From an uncultured Spirochaetota bacterium (GTDB taxonomy: Bacteria > Spirochaetota > Spirochaetia > SZUA-6 > CAVTHK01): a stretch of DNA of 64,000 nucleotides. The notes beneath the pieces were generated by a model. That model saw nothing but the letters and a program-made list of their open reading frames with translations, ran no database searches and was not told where the DNA came from. The position numbers and the translations under genes are program-made. This document shows positions 1 through 9,846 of the stretch, piece after piece (the stretch's first letter is position 1; every line of letters begins with the position of its first letter). Where the stretch lies: contig CAVTHK010000002.1 of assembly GCA_963734495.1 (NCBI GenBank), positions 32,001 to 96,000 of the forward strand. The letters are read 5' to 3'.

Positions 1-371
1 GCAGGCCCGCGTTCATCGCGGCCGGTGCCTGCGGGGCCGCGCTGTACGGCGTCATGGCCCTTTCGCCGCCGATCGGTGCCGTGCTCGCCGCGTACGTCCT
101 GGCCGGCCTGCTGCAGAGCGCCTGGGTGGTGGGCAACAACATGACGATGGAGTTCGCCCCGCCGGGGCGCACCGCGACCTACAGCGCGGTGGTGTTCTCG
201 GCCATGGCGCCCGTGCGCATCGCGGGGCCGCTCCTGCTGGGAGTCGTGGCCGACGCCGTGGGGACTCCGCCCGTCTTCCTGCTCGCCGCCGTTTCGAGCG
301 CGGTTGCGCTTTTCCTCGCCGCCGCCCGCTTGGAGGACCCGCGTCGCGCGCAGCGGGTCACTGTATCATAA
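1..371 (+). CDS. MFS-type transporter, C-terminal part (truncated by window start)
   Basis: Hydrophobic helices with the MFS-like loop EFAPPGRTATYSAV and GPLLLGVVADAVG; stop at 371. Confidence 0.65.
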   Translation, partial: RPAFIAAGACGAALYGVMALSPPIGAVLAAYVLAGLLQSAWVVGNNMTMEFAPPGRTATYSAVVFSAMAPVRIAGPLLLGVVADAVGTPPVFLLAAVSSAVALFLAAARLEDPRRAQRVTVS

Positions 372-402
372 TGCTACAGAGGAATTGTGTCATAATGACG
401 CT
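361..402. promoter_or_regulatory. Two tandem palindromes, putative enhancer (UAS) sites for a sigma-54 activator
   Basis: CTGTATCATAATGCTACAG (361-379) and TGTGTCATAATGACGCT (386-402) share a TCATAATG core; centres are 24 bp apart and ~100-125 bp upstream of a -24/-12 element. Confidence 0.55.
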
Positions 403-489
403 GGTTTGGCCCTGACCCGCGAGTCGGTTGGGGAGGCGTCCGGCGGATATCTTCCTTCATATTAAAGAGATAGATCGATCACGAGCCGT

Positions 490-505
490 TGGCACGGTCT
501 CTGCA
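490..505 (+). promoter_or_regulatory. Sigma-54 (-24/-12) promoter of hsp20
   Basis: TGGCACGGTCTCTGCA versus consensus TGGCACG-N4-TTGCW: one mismatch, correct GG-N10-GC spacing, 46 nt before the ATG. Confidence 0.7.
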
Positions 506-551
506 TATTCACTGATAGCTGGAGGGCAACCCCTTCCAAGGGAGGAATACC

Positions 552-971
552 ATGAAGAGTCTGATGACCTACAACCCGAGCTCGCTCATCGACAGGGCGT
601 TCGACAGCTTCTTCGACGATGCGTTCGCCTGGGGCCGCAGCAACAGCCACCGCGCGGTCGACATCCGCGAGGAGGACGGCGCCTACGTGGTCGAGGCGGA
701 GATCCCCGGCCTGACCGAGAAGGATATCGAGGTCAAGGTCGAGAACGACCTGCTCACCATCGCCTCGAAGAAGGAAGCGAACCGCGAGGAGAAGAAGGGC
801 GGCTATCTGCTGAAGGAGCGCCGCAGCGAGAGCTTCGAGCGCACCTTTGTCCTGCCGGCCGATGTCGACCGGGAGAAGATCGAGGCCCGCTTCGAGAACG
901 GCCTGCTCGTTCTCTCGCTTCCCAAGAGCGAGGCGGCCAAGCCCAAGCAGATTGAAGTGAAGAAGGTCTGA
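552..971 (+). CDS. Hsp20/alpha-crystallin small heat-shock protein
   Basis: AVDIRE...AEIPG...FERTFVLP.DVD.EKIEARFENGLLVLSLPK and C-terminal IEV motif; RBS GGAGGA. Confidence 0.95.
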   Translation: MKSLMTYNPSSLIDRAFDSFFDDAFAWGRSNSHRAVDIREEDGAYVVEAEIPGLTEKDIEVKVENDLLTIASKKEANREEKKGGYLLKERRSESFERTFVLPADVDREKIEARFENGLLVLSLPKSEAAKPKQIEVKKV

Positions 972-996
972 CGCGGGCGTCGCGCCCGCAGCTTGA

Positions 997-1026
997 GGAC
1001 CCCGGCCCGCGCCGGGGTCTTTTTTT
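997..1026 (+). terminator. Rho-independent terminator after hsp20
   Basis: GACCCCGGC-ccgc-GCCGGGGTC followed by T7. Confidence 0.85.
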
Positions 1027-1041
1027 CCCCCGCGCCCTGCC

Positions 1042-3160
1042 CTAGAGAGCCGGCTTTACGACAATGCGGTCGGTGCCCGCCGTGCCTTCCTCGCAGACGA
1101 AAGCCAGCGCCCCTGACGGAGGCGCGCCGGCGGCGGCTTCGAGCGTGACCTTGCCGTCGACCACGCCCCGGAGGCTCTCGCCCCGCGCCCGAAGGACGAG
1201 CGAGTGCGTCGAGCCGGCCGGGCAGGGGCACGGCGCCTCGGCCAGGACGCGGCGCTCGCGGTCAAAGACGCGCACGAGGCGGGCCATGCCGTCGTCGCAC
1301 AGGAGGAGGGCAGCGTAGCGCCTCAGGCCCTGGACGCGCACCGCGATGCCCGCAGAGCGCGCCATGTAGACCGTGAGGTCGGTCGACGCCTCGTAGTCCC
1401 GCCAGTCGCACCCTCCCTGGATGAGCAGTCCGGTCCCGCGGTTCTGCGCGCAGCGCAGCGCCTCCTTGCGTCCGCTCATGAAAGAGCTCATCGCGTCCGC
1501 CCATGCCCGCCGCCAGGCGGTCCCTCCGCCGGCCTGCGGGCCGAGGACGGTGTCCGGCTCCCCGCTCCAGGCGAGGCGGTCCAGGTAGAGGGTCCCGGCC
1601 GCGCCCTTTTCCCCTGCGATCTCCAGGCCGACTTCGTAGATCGGGGCGCTTCCCGTCTCGGGCACGCGCCAGGCCAGCCGCTCGCGCGAGCCGGGGCCCA
1701 CGCTCGTCGCCGGGCCGCGGTGGAGCAGGGGAGCGTCCGAGGGGCCGTAGACCCTCACGTAGAGGCTCGCCGCCACGGCCCCCGCGTTGCCCGGGTCGGC
1801 CTCGAGATCCGCTTCGAGGAGCTGTCCGGGGTACAGGGCAGGGCACGCCTGCAGGCCGTAATGGCCCGGGATTGCCAGGTCGAAAGGAGGGATGAACACG
1901 GGGGTGCCCGCGCGGGCCGCCACGCCCGGCCGCCAGCCCGCGATAGGCGAGCGCGAGGCTGCGCCGGCCGATGCCGCTGTGGCCCGCGACGTTGGCGACC
2001 GAGAGCGTGCCCCTCGCCTCGGGCGCGTCGTCCGGCCGGAACCCCTGCACCGAGCCCGGGGAGCTCGAAGTGGAAGCGGGCGCCGCCCTTGGGCGCGCAC
2101 CACTCGCCTGCCGGCGCAGCGGCGCTGTCCGCTGGCGGCGATGCGGCAGGCTTCGGTCGCGGCGTCGGTGATCGTGCGGCCGCCGTCGGCCGTGGTCACG
2201 TAGAGCCGGTCGGCCACCGGGCCTCGCCAGTCGGGCCCCGCGTCGATGCCCGCGAGGCCGTTCTTGATGCCCATCAGGCAGCCCGCGTTTCCCGAGTTGC
2301 AGTCGGTGTCCCAGCCGCAGGTGTTGACGATCGAGAGCGTCTTCTGGAAGTCGTCGTCCGCCGTAGAGCAGCCCGAGCACGATGACGCCGTGGTTGGGGA
2401 CCATGTGGCAGTTGCCCGGGTAGCGCTCGTAGTTGTAGCTCCCGCGGAAGCGGCGAAAGCCCGCGTGCCAGTCCGGCTCCGCGGCGCGGATCTCGCGCAC
2501 GTCGCCGATCATCCGGGCGATGACGGAGTCGCGCGGGATCAGGCGCAGCGCGCCGTCGAGCAGCCGCTCCAGGTCCCGCTCGACGAAGGCCAGCGCCTCC
2601 ATGGCGGCGATGACCTGCGCGCCGTAGACGGCCTCGCCGTCGTGGCTGACGCAGGCGGCGCGGCGGGCCAGGTCCGCCGCCAGCTCCGGGTCGCCGGGCG
2701 CGACCATCGCCCAGCCGTCGATAAAGATCTGCGCGCCGATCTGCTCGGCGACGATCGGGCCGTTGAGCGCGATGGAGCCGCTGCGCGGCGCCTCGATCCC
2801 TGCGGCCAGGCGGAGAAACGCGGTGTGCTCCGTGGAGTTGCCCATCCCGCCCCACCACAGGATCGTGCGGCCCTCGATGATGTAGTTGAGCCAGGCGTCG
2901 CCGATCTGCGCGGCGGTCAGGCCCGGCGGATTCCCGTTGTCCGCGAGCGCGCGGACAAAGGCGAAGGTGCCGCTGATGTCGTCGTCGGTGACGATCAGCG
3001 GCTTGCCGAGCCGCTCGTGCACGTAGGTGCGCACCTCGCCGAGCTCGGCGAGGATCCGCTCGTAGAGCCAGCCCTCGAACGGGCGGCCGAGGTAGACGCC
3101 GATCATCTTGCCGAGCACGCCGGCGTAGACGCGTTCCAGGTAGTCGACGGGGAGCTTCAA
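1042..3160 (-). CDS. ADP-ribosylglycohydrolase family protein with long C-terminal extension (frameshifted ~2360 and ~2120)
   Basis: YLERVYAGVLGK..G...GRPFEGW, TDDD, SHDGEA, and GWDTDCN in an adjacent frame; C-terminal part in ORF 1042..2274. Confidence 0.8.
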
Positions 3161-3315
3161 GCGAGCCTCCTTGTTCCGGGCGCGGCTATTGTCGCCGCCC
3201 GAGAGGCGCGGCGCAAGAGCCGGCGGCGCGGCCTACTCCACCGACGCCAACGCTGCTGCCGCTCGGCCCGCCCGGGGAGCGGCGCACCCCCGCATCAGCC
3301 TTCAATTTTGTTCCC

Positions 3316-3360
3316 ATTAGCCTTCCCTAAATTGACATTTTTCCCGGGCATCACTACACT
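3316..3360 (+). promoter_or_regulatory. Sigma-70 promoter with adjacent DtxR/MntR-like palindrome
   Basis: TTAG-ccttcc-CTAA (3317-3330) abuts TTGACA(3332)-17 bp-TACACT(3355), upstream of the DtxR-family gene. Confidence 0.55.
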
Positions 3361-3385
3361 CGGGCTTCGAGGCTGAGCAAGGATC

Positions 3386-4100
3386 ATGACCTTCAGCCGG
3401 TCGATCGAAGACTACATCAAGGCCATCTACGAGCTTCATGGCACCGACGCGCGCGTGAGCTCCACCGCGCTGGCGGACAAGCTGGGCGTGACCCCGGCCT
3501 CCGTGACCGGCATGGTCAAGCGCATCGCGCACGAGCGGCCCGACGTGATCGACTACACCCCGCACCACGGGGTCCTGCTCACCACCGAAGGGCGAAGCGA
3601 TCGCGCTGCGGATCGTGCGCAGGCATCGCCTCGTGGAGCTCTTTCTGTGCACGGACGCTCGGCTACTCCTGGGACGAGGTCCACGAGGAGGCCGAGAGGC
3701 TCGAGCACGTCGTTTCCGAGCAAGCTCGAAGAGCGGATGGCGAGCTACCTGGGCCATCCCTCGGTCGACCCTCATGGCGACCCCATCCCGACCAGCGAGG
3801 GGACGGTGGCCACGCCCGGGCCACCAGCGCGCTGAGCGGCCTCGAAGAGGGGCAGGACGGCGTGCATCCGCCGCGTGGCCAGCAGCGACGACAAGCTCCT
3901 GCAGTACCTGAGCGACATCGGGCTCGTGCTCGGCGCCCGCGTGACGGTCAGGGAGAAGGCGCCCTTTGGCGGTCCGGTCCACCTCGAGCTGCACGGCGAC
4001 GACGGGGACGGTGACGCGGGTCATCGGCCGCAACGTGGCGGAGCAGATCTTCGTCGACGTTTCCCGGCCGGTTGCGCTCCTGAGCCGACGGTTTGTCTGA
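3386..4100 (+). CDS. DtxR/MntR family metal-dependent repressor with FeoA-like C-terminal domain (several frameshifts)
   Basis: SIEDYIKAIYEL, LGVTPASVTGMVKR, RRHRLVELFL, LGHPSVDPHGDPIP and LLQYLSDIGLVLGA..EKAPFGGP spread over three frames. Confidence 0.85.
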
Positions 4101-4196
4101 CTGCTTTCCTGACACCGCGGCGCGGTCGGATCGCCGTTCGCGCGCTTTTGCGGCGGTCCGGCGTATGGTAGCATGGCGAGCGGAGGTGCCCCACAG

Positions 4197-4924
4197 GTGA
4201 TCACGCTTCCGATCGCGAAACGCAGCAGGACCTACCAGGTCAGTCCCACAAAGATCATCGCCCTCGGCCTGAACTACCGGGAGCACATCGCCGAGAGCCA
4301 TTCCGTGCGGGTGCAGGGCTTTACCAACGAGGTTCCCGACGGAGCCCGTGCTGTTCCCCAAGACGCCGAACGTCCTGGTGGGTCCCGGCGAGCCGATCGT
4401 GATTCCGTCGTTCCTCTCCCGGTACAGGTTCGAGAGCCCCAGAGTCGACCACGAGGCCGAGCTCGCCTCTGATCGTCGCCGACCGCTGCAAGAACGTCCC
4501 CCCCGAGCGCGCCTTCGACCACATCCTGGGCTATACGTGCATGAACGACGTGAGCCAGCGCAATGTCCAGACGGGCGACCGGTCGGGCTGGTACCGCGGC
4601 AAGAGCTTCGACACGTTCGGGCCGATCGGCCCGGTGGTCGTCCTCGCGGAGGACATCGGCGACCCGCAGAACCTGAAGATCCAGTGCCGGCTCAACGGCA
4701 AGGTCACGCAGTCTTCGAACACCTCGTTCATGATCTTCCCCATCCCCGAGATCCTCTCGTTCGTCTCGCACAACTTCACACTCGAGCCCGGCGACATCAT
4801 CATGACCGGCACGCCGAGCGGCGTGAGCCCGCTGCGCCACGGCGACGTCGTCGAGGTCGAGATCGAGAAGATCGGGGTGTTGAGCAACCCGGTGGTGGAA
4901 GAAGGCCGGGCAGGCGGCACGTGA
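4197..4924 (+). CDS. Fumarylacetoacetate hydrolase family protein (frameshifted ~4340 and ~4470)
   Basis: KIIALGLNYREH, DHEAEL, NDVSQR, GKSFDTFGPIGP, LEPGDIIMTGTPSGV. Confidence 0.88.
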
Positions 4925-5751
4925 ACGCGGCACGCCCGGACCTGCGCTTCCCCCACGGAGCGGACACGCGGACCACCGCGCGGGAGCGTGACCGGGCGGC
5001 CCGGCGCGGCGGCCGCCGCGAGGGACGCGTCGACGTGGCCGACCTGATCCTGGAGCAGCTCGATGCCTGCGGCGCCCGTCGCGTCCTCGACCTCGCCTGC
5101 GGCGGCGGGGAGACGCTCCTCTTCCTCGCGGCTCGAGCGCCGGCGGTCCGCTTTGCAGGCATCGCGCCGCAAGCCGACCTGGCGCGCCGCGCCTCGGCGC
5201 TCCTCGCCCGCGCGGGGCTCGGAGAGCGGTGCCGCGTCGTTGCGGGCGACTCCGCCGCGGCGGAGCCCCATGAGCAGATCGATGCCTGGTGGGCGGCCGG
5301 GACGGCCGCGCGGGAGCTCGACCTCGCCTACGCCGTCGGCAGCTTCGCCGACGCGCGCGACCCGGCCCAGCTCCTCCCGCGGGTCTCCCCGCGCCTGCGC
5401 GCCGGCGGGCGGCTGCTGCTGTGCGGCGACTTCGCGGTGACGCCGGCGAGGACGCCGGCTGAGCGGCGCTGGCTGGAAGAAATCCGCGCCGGCCGCGGCG
5501 GCCGCGCGCTGCTGCGGCGGACCGCCGTCGAGAGGCTGGCCTCGGCGGCCGGCCTCAGGCTGGTAGAGTGCCGGGATCTGACAAGCGAGCGAGGACCGCG
5601 GCGCGTCCGGCTGCGTGCCGCGCTGGCCGCGGCGGGGCGGATGTTCGGCGCCCGCTCGCGGTTCTGGGAGCGCCGCGTCGCGGCGGACGCGCTGCGGCGC
5701 TGCCTGCAGTCGGGCGCGGCCCGCACCCTCTTCATGGTGCTCACGCGATGA
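4921..5751 (+). CDS. Class I SAM-dependent methyltransferase
   Basis: VLDLACGGG motif I and LRAGGRLLLCGD; GTGA overlap with the upstream stop. Confidence 0.7.
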   Translation: MNAARPDLRFPHGADTRTTARERDRAARRGGRREGRVDVADLILEQLDACGARRVLDLACGGGETLLFLAARAPAVRFAGIAPQADLARRASALLARAGLGERCRVVAGDSAAAEPHEQIDAWWAAGTAARELDLAYAVGSFADARDPAQLLPRVSPRLRAGGRLLLCGDFAVTPARTPAERRWLEEIRAGRGGRALLRRTAVERLASAAGLRLVECRDLTSERGPRRVRLRAALAAAGRMFGARSRFWERRVAADALRRCLQSGAARTLFMVLTR

Positions 5752-6695
5752 CCGTGCTGCGCGCCGCCCGCGTGCTGGCTGCGGTCGCCGCCGCGGGCGG
5801 CATGGCGGGCGGCTGCGCGAGCGGGCCGGAGGCCGCGGACACGGCGTCCAGCCCGCCCCTTCCCTGGACCTCGATCCGCCTCGACGCCCCGGCGGGAGAC
5901 CTCGCGCTGCTCGACATCGGCAGGCGTGATGCCGCGCTCACTCTGCTTGCCGCTCATGGCTGGGCCGGCTCCGGCCTGCAGTTCGCGCCGCTGGCCGCGG
6001 AGCTCGACGGGAACCTGAGGGTCATGGCTCCGGATTTTCCGGGAACGGGAGCCTCGAGCCCGGCCGCGGACGGGCGATACGGCATGGACCTCTTTGTCTC
6101 GGTGCTGAGCCGGCTCGTCGAAGGGACCGGCCCGGTCGTCCTCGTCGGACATTCTCTGGGCGCCAAAGTCGCAGCCGCGTTCGCGGCGCGTTACCCGGAG
6201 AAGGTCCTCGCTCTCGTGCTGATCGCGCCGTACGGGCTCGAGGGGCAGGAGGGCGTGCTGCTGCGCTTTCTGGCGCGCCACCCCGGCCTGGCGAGGCTCG
6301 CCGCGGGCCTCAACAACCGCCTGGCCGTCCGGCTGGGCGAGCGCCGCGTCTACTACGACCGGGAGCGCGCCCCGCGCGCGATCACGGAGCACACGACGGC
6401 GAGCCAGCTTTCCCGCTCCGGCCGGGCCGCCCTTGCCGCCGTGTCGACGGCCATGATCGGCACCGACCCCATCGACACGCTGCTGCCGTCGCTTCCCCAG
6501 CCGACGCTGATCCTGTGGGGCCGCGAGGACCGCGTGATGCCGTCGTCGGCCGCGGCCCGCTACGCCGCCCTCATGCCGCAGGCGCGGCTCGTGCTGCTCG
6601 ACCGCTGCGGTCACGTGCCGATGATCGAGAAGCCTGCCGAAACCGCCCGCGCGATCGAGGCGTTCCTTCGGGAGCAAAGGCTGCTGGCGCCGTAG
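5748..6695 (+). CDS. Alpha/beta hydrolase, probable lipoprotein
   Basis: HGW, PDFPGTG, GHSLG nucleophile elbow, WGRED and GHVP; N-terminal signal ending AGGC. Confidence 0.85.
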   Translation: MTVLRAARVLAAVAAAGGMAGGCASGPEAADTASSPPLPWTSIRLDAPAGDLALLDIGRRDAALTLLAAHGWAGSGLQFAPLAAELDGNLRVMAPDFPGTGASSPAADGRYGMDLFVSVLSRLVEGTGPVVLVGHSLGAKVAAAFAARYPEKVLALVLIAPYGLEGQEGVLLRFLARHPGLARLAAGLNNRLAVRLGERRVYYDRERAPRAITEHTTASQLSRSGRAALAAVSTAMIGTDPIDTLLPSLPQPTLILWGREDRVMPSSAAARYAALMPQARLVLLDRCGHVPMIEKPAETARAIEAFLREQRLLAP

Positions 6696-6726
6696 AGGGG
6701 GCGCGAGCCAGCCGGCCGCCCGTCGC

Positions 6727-7838
6727 TTACTCGGGCTGGGCCGCCCGGGGGGGCCTGCGGCGCCTCCGCGGCGGCTTCTTGGGGGCCGCCTCCGACCCGG
6801 CGCACGTAGTAGTCGAGCTTCTCCACCTTGGTCTCGACCACCCCGCGCGTCTCGGCCGCCTGGACGAAGGCCTTGAACTGCCGGAAGCCGAGGTCGCGCA
6901 GCCTCACGCCCCGCTCGAGGAGCTTGCGGCTGACCTCGGAGAACTCGTGGAAGTCCGATCGCGCTGCGTGCCGTCGAGGTCGCGCAGCACCTGGGTCAGC
7001 GCGCTCGAGGGCGCTCTGCAGGCGACCCCTTGCGCTCCGGGTACTTCGGGCCCGGGAACAGCAGCGTCTGCCGGTCCTTGTCTTCGATGCGGATGTAGCC
7101 GGCCTTGGCCGACTCGCTGACAAAGTCGCTCCAGCGACGGAAGCCGAGGTCCCGCTCGCGGAAGTTCGGGTTCAGCATCTCGAAGCGCACCTTGACCGAG
7201 CCGGGGTTCGGGCTCTTGCCCTCTTCGATCATGACGCTCGCCGCCTCGGCCAGGCACTGGAACCAGTAGTCGTGCGCCCGCGTCGACGGAGGAGCGGCGG
7301 GCCCCGGCGCCTGCGTCGTGGCCGCCTGCGCTGCCGCCTGGGCCGCGGGGGCGCCGCGCGGCTCGCGGGGCTCGTCCTCCTGCTCCTCGCCTCCCGGCAT
7401 CAGCTCGCGGTAGTCCTTGAACGAGTCCGCCACCTCGAGGAGGTCCTGCGCCGCGTTCTTCAGGTCGCAGACGATGTGGATCTGCTTGCCCGCGCGCCGC
7501 AGCGCCACCACCAGCGGCCGGAAGTCGCTGTCGCCCGTGATCAGCACGAACGCGGCGATGTGGCCGTAGACCGTCATGGTTTCGAGCGCATCGGAAACGA
7601 GCTGCATGTCCGCGCTCTTCCTCTGCGCCCGCTCGCGCGGCACGTGGACGAGGTAGAAGGACTGCCTCGCGAGCTGCGGCGCGAGCCTCTTGAAGTTCGG
7701 CTTGCTCCAGTCGCAGTAGGCGCGGGACGACGTCACTCGCCCGAACGACGTCGCGTAGTCGATGAGGGCATCGAGAAAGAGGGAGTTGGCTCCCGGGCTC
7801 ACGTTTTCGATGTCCCAGAGAATACAGACGTTTTCCAC
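6727..7838 (-). CDS. NYN-domain (PIN-like) protein with C-terminal OST-HTH/LOTUS domains (frameshifted in the 3' part; end approximate)
   Basis: WDIENV, KSADMQL..D, LITGDSDF; two FRERDLGFRRWSDFV / LRDLGFRQFKAFV LOTUS-like repeats. Confidence 0.8.
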
Positions 7839-7987
7839 GGCTCCACGGTATGCTGCCGGGGAGCCCGAGTCAAGGACAGGGGCGTTCCCTGCGTTCCCTC
7901 AGGCCCAGGCCCGCTGACGCGCGCGCCGTGACGCTCTGTGACGCTCCGTTGCCCGGCGCGCGGAATCCTCCCTATAATGGCCTTCGG

Positions 7988-8755
7988 ATGCACCTGTTTT
8001 CGCGCTCCTTCGGGGGGACCGGCCGGCCGATCGTGATCCTGCACGGGCTCTTCGGCTCCTCGCGCAACTGGGCCACCACGGGCCGGGCGCTCGCGGCCTG
8101 GGGGGCCGTGTCCGCCCTCGACCTGCGGAATCACGGCGACTCGCCCCACAGCGACTCGCACACGCTGGCCGACATGGTCGGGGACGTGAGGGAGTGGCTC
8201 GAATCGCGCGGCGGGGAGCGCCCCGTTCTGATCGGCCACTCCATGGGCGGCCAGGTGGCCATGGCGCTCGCCCTGCGAGTCGCCCGAGTCGGTGGCGGGC
8301 CTCGTCTCGGTGGACATCGCGCCGCGCGCCTACGCCGAGGACCACGCGGCGGAGCTGGCCGCGCTTTCGCTCGACGTGTCGCGCCTCTCCAGCCGCGGCC
8401 AGGTCGATCGCGCGATGGCGGCCGGGTGGCCGATCCCGGCGTTCGCGGCGTTCCTTGCGATGAACCTCGAGCGGTCCGGCGACGGCTTCCGATGGCGGCT
8501 CAACGTGGAGGCGCTCCGCCGCGCTCGCGTGACCGCCGCGGTCCCGGAGCTCCGCGGGCGCTACGGCGGGCCCGCGCTGTTCCTGGCCGCCGGCCGCTCG
8601 GGATACGTGACCCCCGCGGACCACGAGCTGATCCGCGGCCTGTTCCCGGCCGCCGAGATCCGCGTGATCGAGGACGCGGACCACTGGGTGCACGCGAGCG
8701 CGCCGCAGGCCTTTGTCGCCGAGGTGAGCGCGTTTCTCCAGAGGATCAAAGGTGA
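7988..8755 (+). CDS. Alpha/beta hydrolase, YbfF-like esterase (frameshifted ~8280; stop uncertain)
   Basis: ILHGLFGSSRNW, DLRNHGDS, GHSMGG, VDIAP, DHWVH. Confidence 0.8.
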   Translation: MHLFSRSFGGTGRPIVILHGLFGSSRNWATTGRALAAWGAVSALDLRNHGDSPHSDSHTLADMVGDVREWLESRGGERPVLIGHSMGGQVAMALALRVARVGGGPRLGGHRAARLRRGPRGGAGRAFARRVAPLQPRPGRSRDGGRVADPGVRGVPCDEPRAVRRRLPMAAQRGGAPPRSRDRRGPGAPRALRRARAVPGRRPLGIRDPRGPRADPRPVPGRRDPRDRGRGPLGARERAAGLCRRGERVSPEDQR

Positions 8756-8876
8756 AGGCGGGGCCCCGCGGGACACGACGTCTCGCGGGGGCGAAGGGAC
8801 CGGGCGGGACGAAGCGTCTCGGCAGGACAGGCGGCCCGCCGGGGCGAAGGGACTGGGCGGGACGAGGAGGCCAGGC

Positions 8877-9846
8877 TTGGCTGAAAAGTGCATCGTCGGA
8901 TTCGACATGGGCGGGACCAAGCTGGCGGCAGCGGTCGTCGACCGGAACCTCAAGGTGGTCGCGAGGGCGCGCGAGCGCACCGGCGCCGAGGACGGCCCCG
9001 AAGCCGTGTTCGAGCGGGTGGTGAGCGCGATCCGCCAGGCGCTCTCGACGGGCCGAAGGGAAGAAGGTGAGCGCCATCGGCATCGCCGTCCCCGGACCTC
9101 TCGACCGGAAGAAGGGCATCGTCCTCGAGACTCCGAACCTCGGGCTGCGCCGCTTCCCGATCGTGGGCCGTCTCTCAAAGGAGTTCGGCGTGCCCGTGCT
9201 CCTGGAAAACGACGTGAACGCGGGGGTCTACGGCGAGTACTGCGCCGGCGCGGCGCGCGGCTATCGCCACGTGGTCGGCATCTTCGTCGGGACGGGGATC
9301 GGGGGCGGTCTGGTCCTCGACGGGAAGCTCTACGTCGGCGGGACGGGCAACGCCGGCGAGATCGGCCACATGATCATCCAGACCGACGGCCCGCTGTGCG
9401 GCTGCGGCCAGTACGGGTGCGTGGAGGCCCTCGCCAGCCGCACGGCCATCGCGAAGGACGTCGTGGCTCTCGCGGGGGCCGGCTCGGCTCCGGCGCTCCT
9501 CGCGGCGGCGGGGACCGACATCAAGGAGATCCGCAGCGGAGCCCTCGCGCGGGCGGTGGAGAAAGGGGACAAGGGCGTGCGCCGCGTCATCGAGCGGGCG
9601 GCGCATTTCGTCGGCATCGCCATGGCCAACTGCGCGAACCTCCTCGCCCCCGAGGTCATCGTGCTCGGCGGCGGCCTGATGGAAAAGCTCGGCAGCCTCT
9701 TCGTAAGGGAGGCTGAGCGCTCGATGCGCGAGCACGCGATGCCGAGCCTGATATCCGGCACGAAGGTCGTGCTGGCCACCCTCGGCGACGACGCCGTGCC
9801 GATCGGCGCCGCGGCGCTGGCGCGAGGCTCCCGTGAAGGGGCTTAG
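8877..9846 (+). CDS. ROK family sugar kinase (frameshifted ~9060)
   Basis: GFDMGGTK, ENDVNA, GTGIGGG, GEIGH, CGCGQYGCVE; RBS GAGGAGG before TTG. Confidence 0.88.

Noticed and set aside
4348-5751. Apparent FAH-methyltransferase fusion, and similar ppx-ppk1, MarC-SDR and Ldh-UROD long ORFs
   Set aside because: These are artefacts of frameshifts and stop-poor GC-rich frames; each downstream gene has its own start or overlap.
8292-9716. Apparent in-frame esterase-ROK kinase fusion
   Set aside because: A strong RBS (GAGGAGG) and TTG precede the ROK domain, the linker looks non-coding, and nearby indels make a lost stop codon likely.
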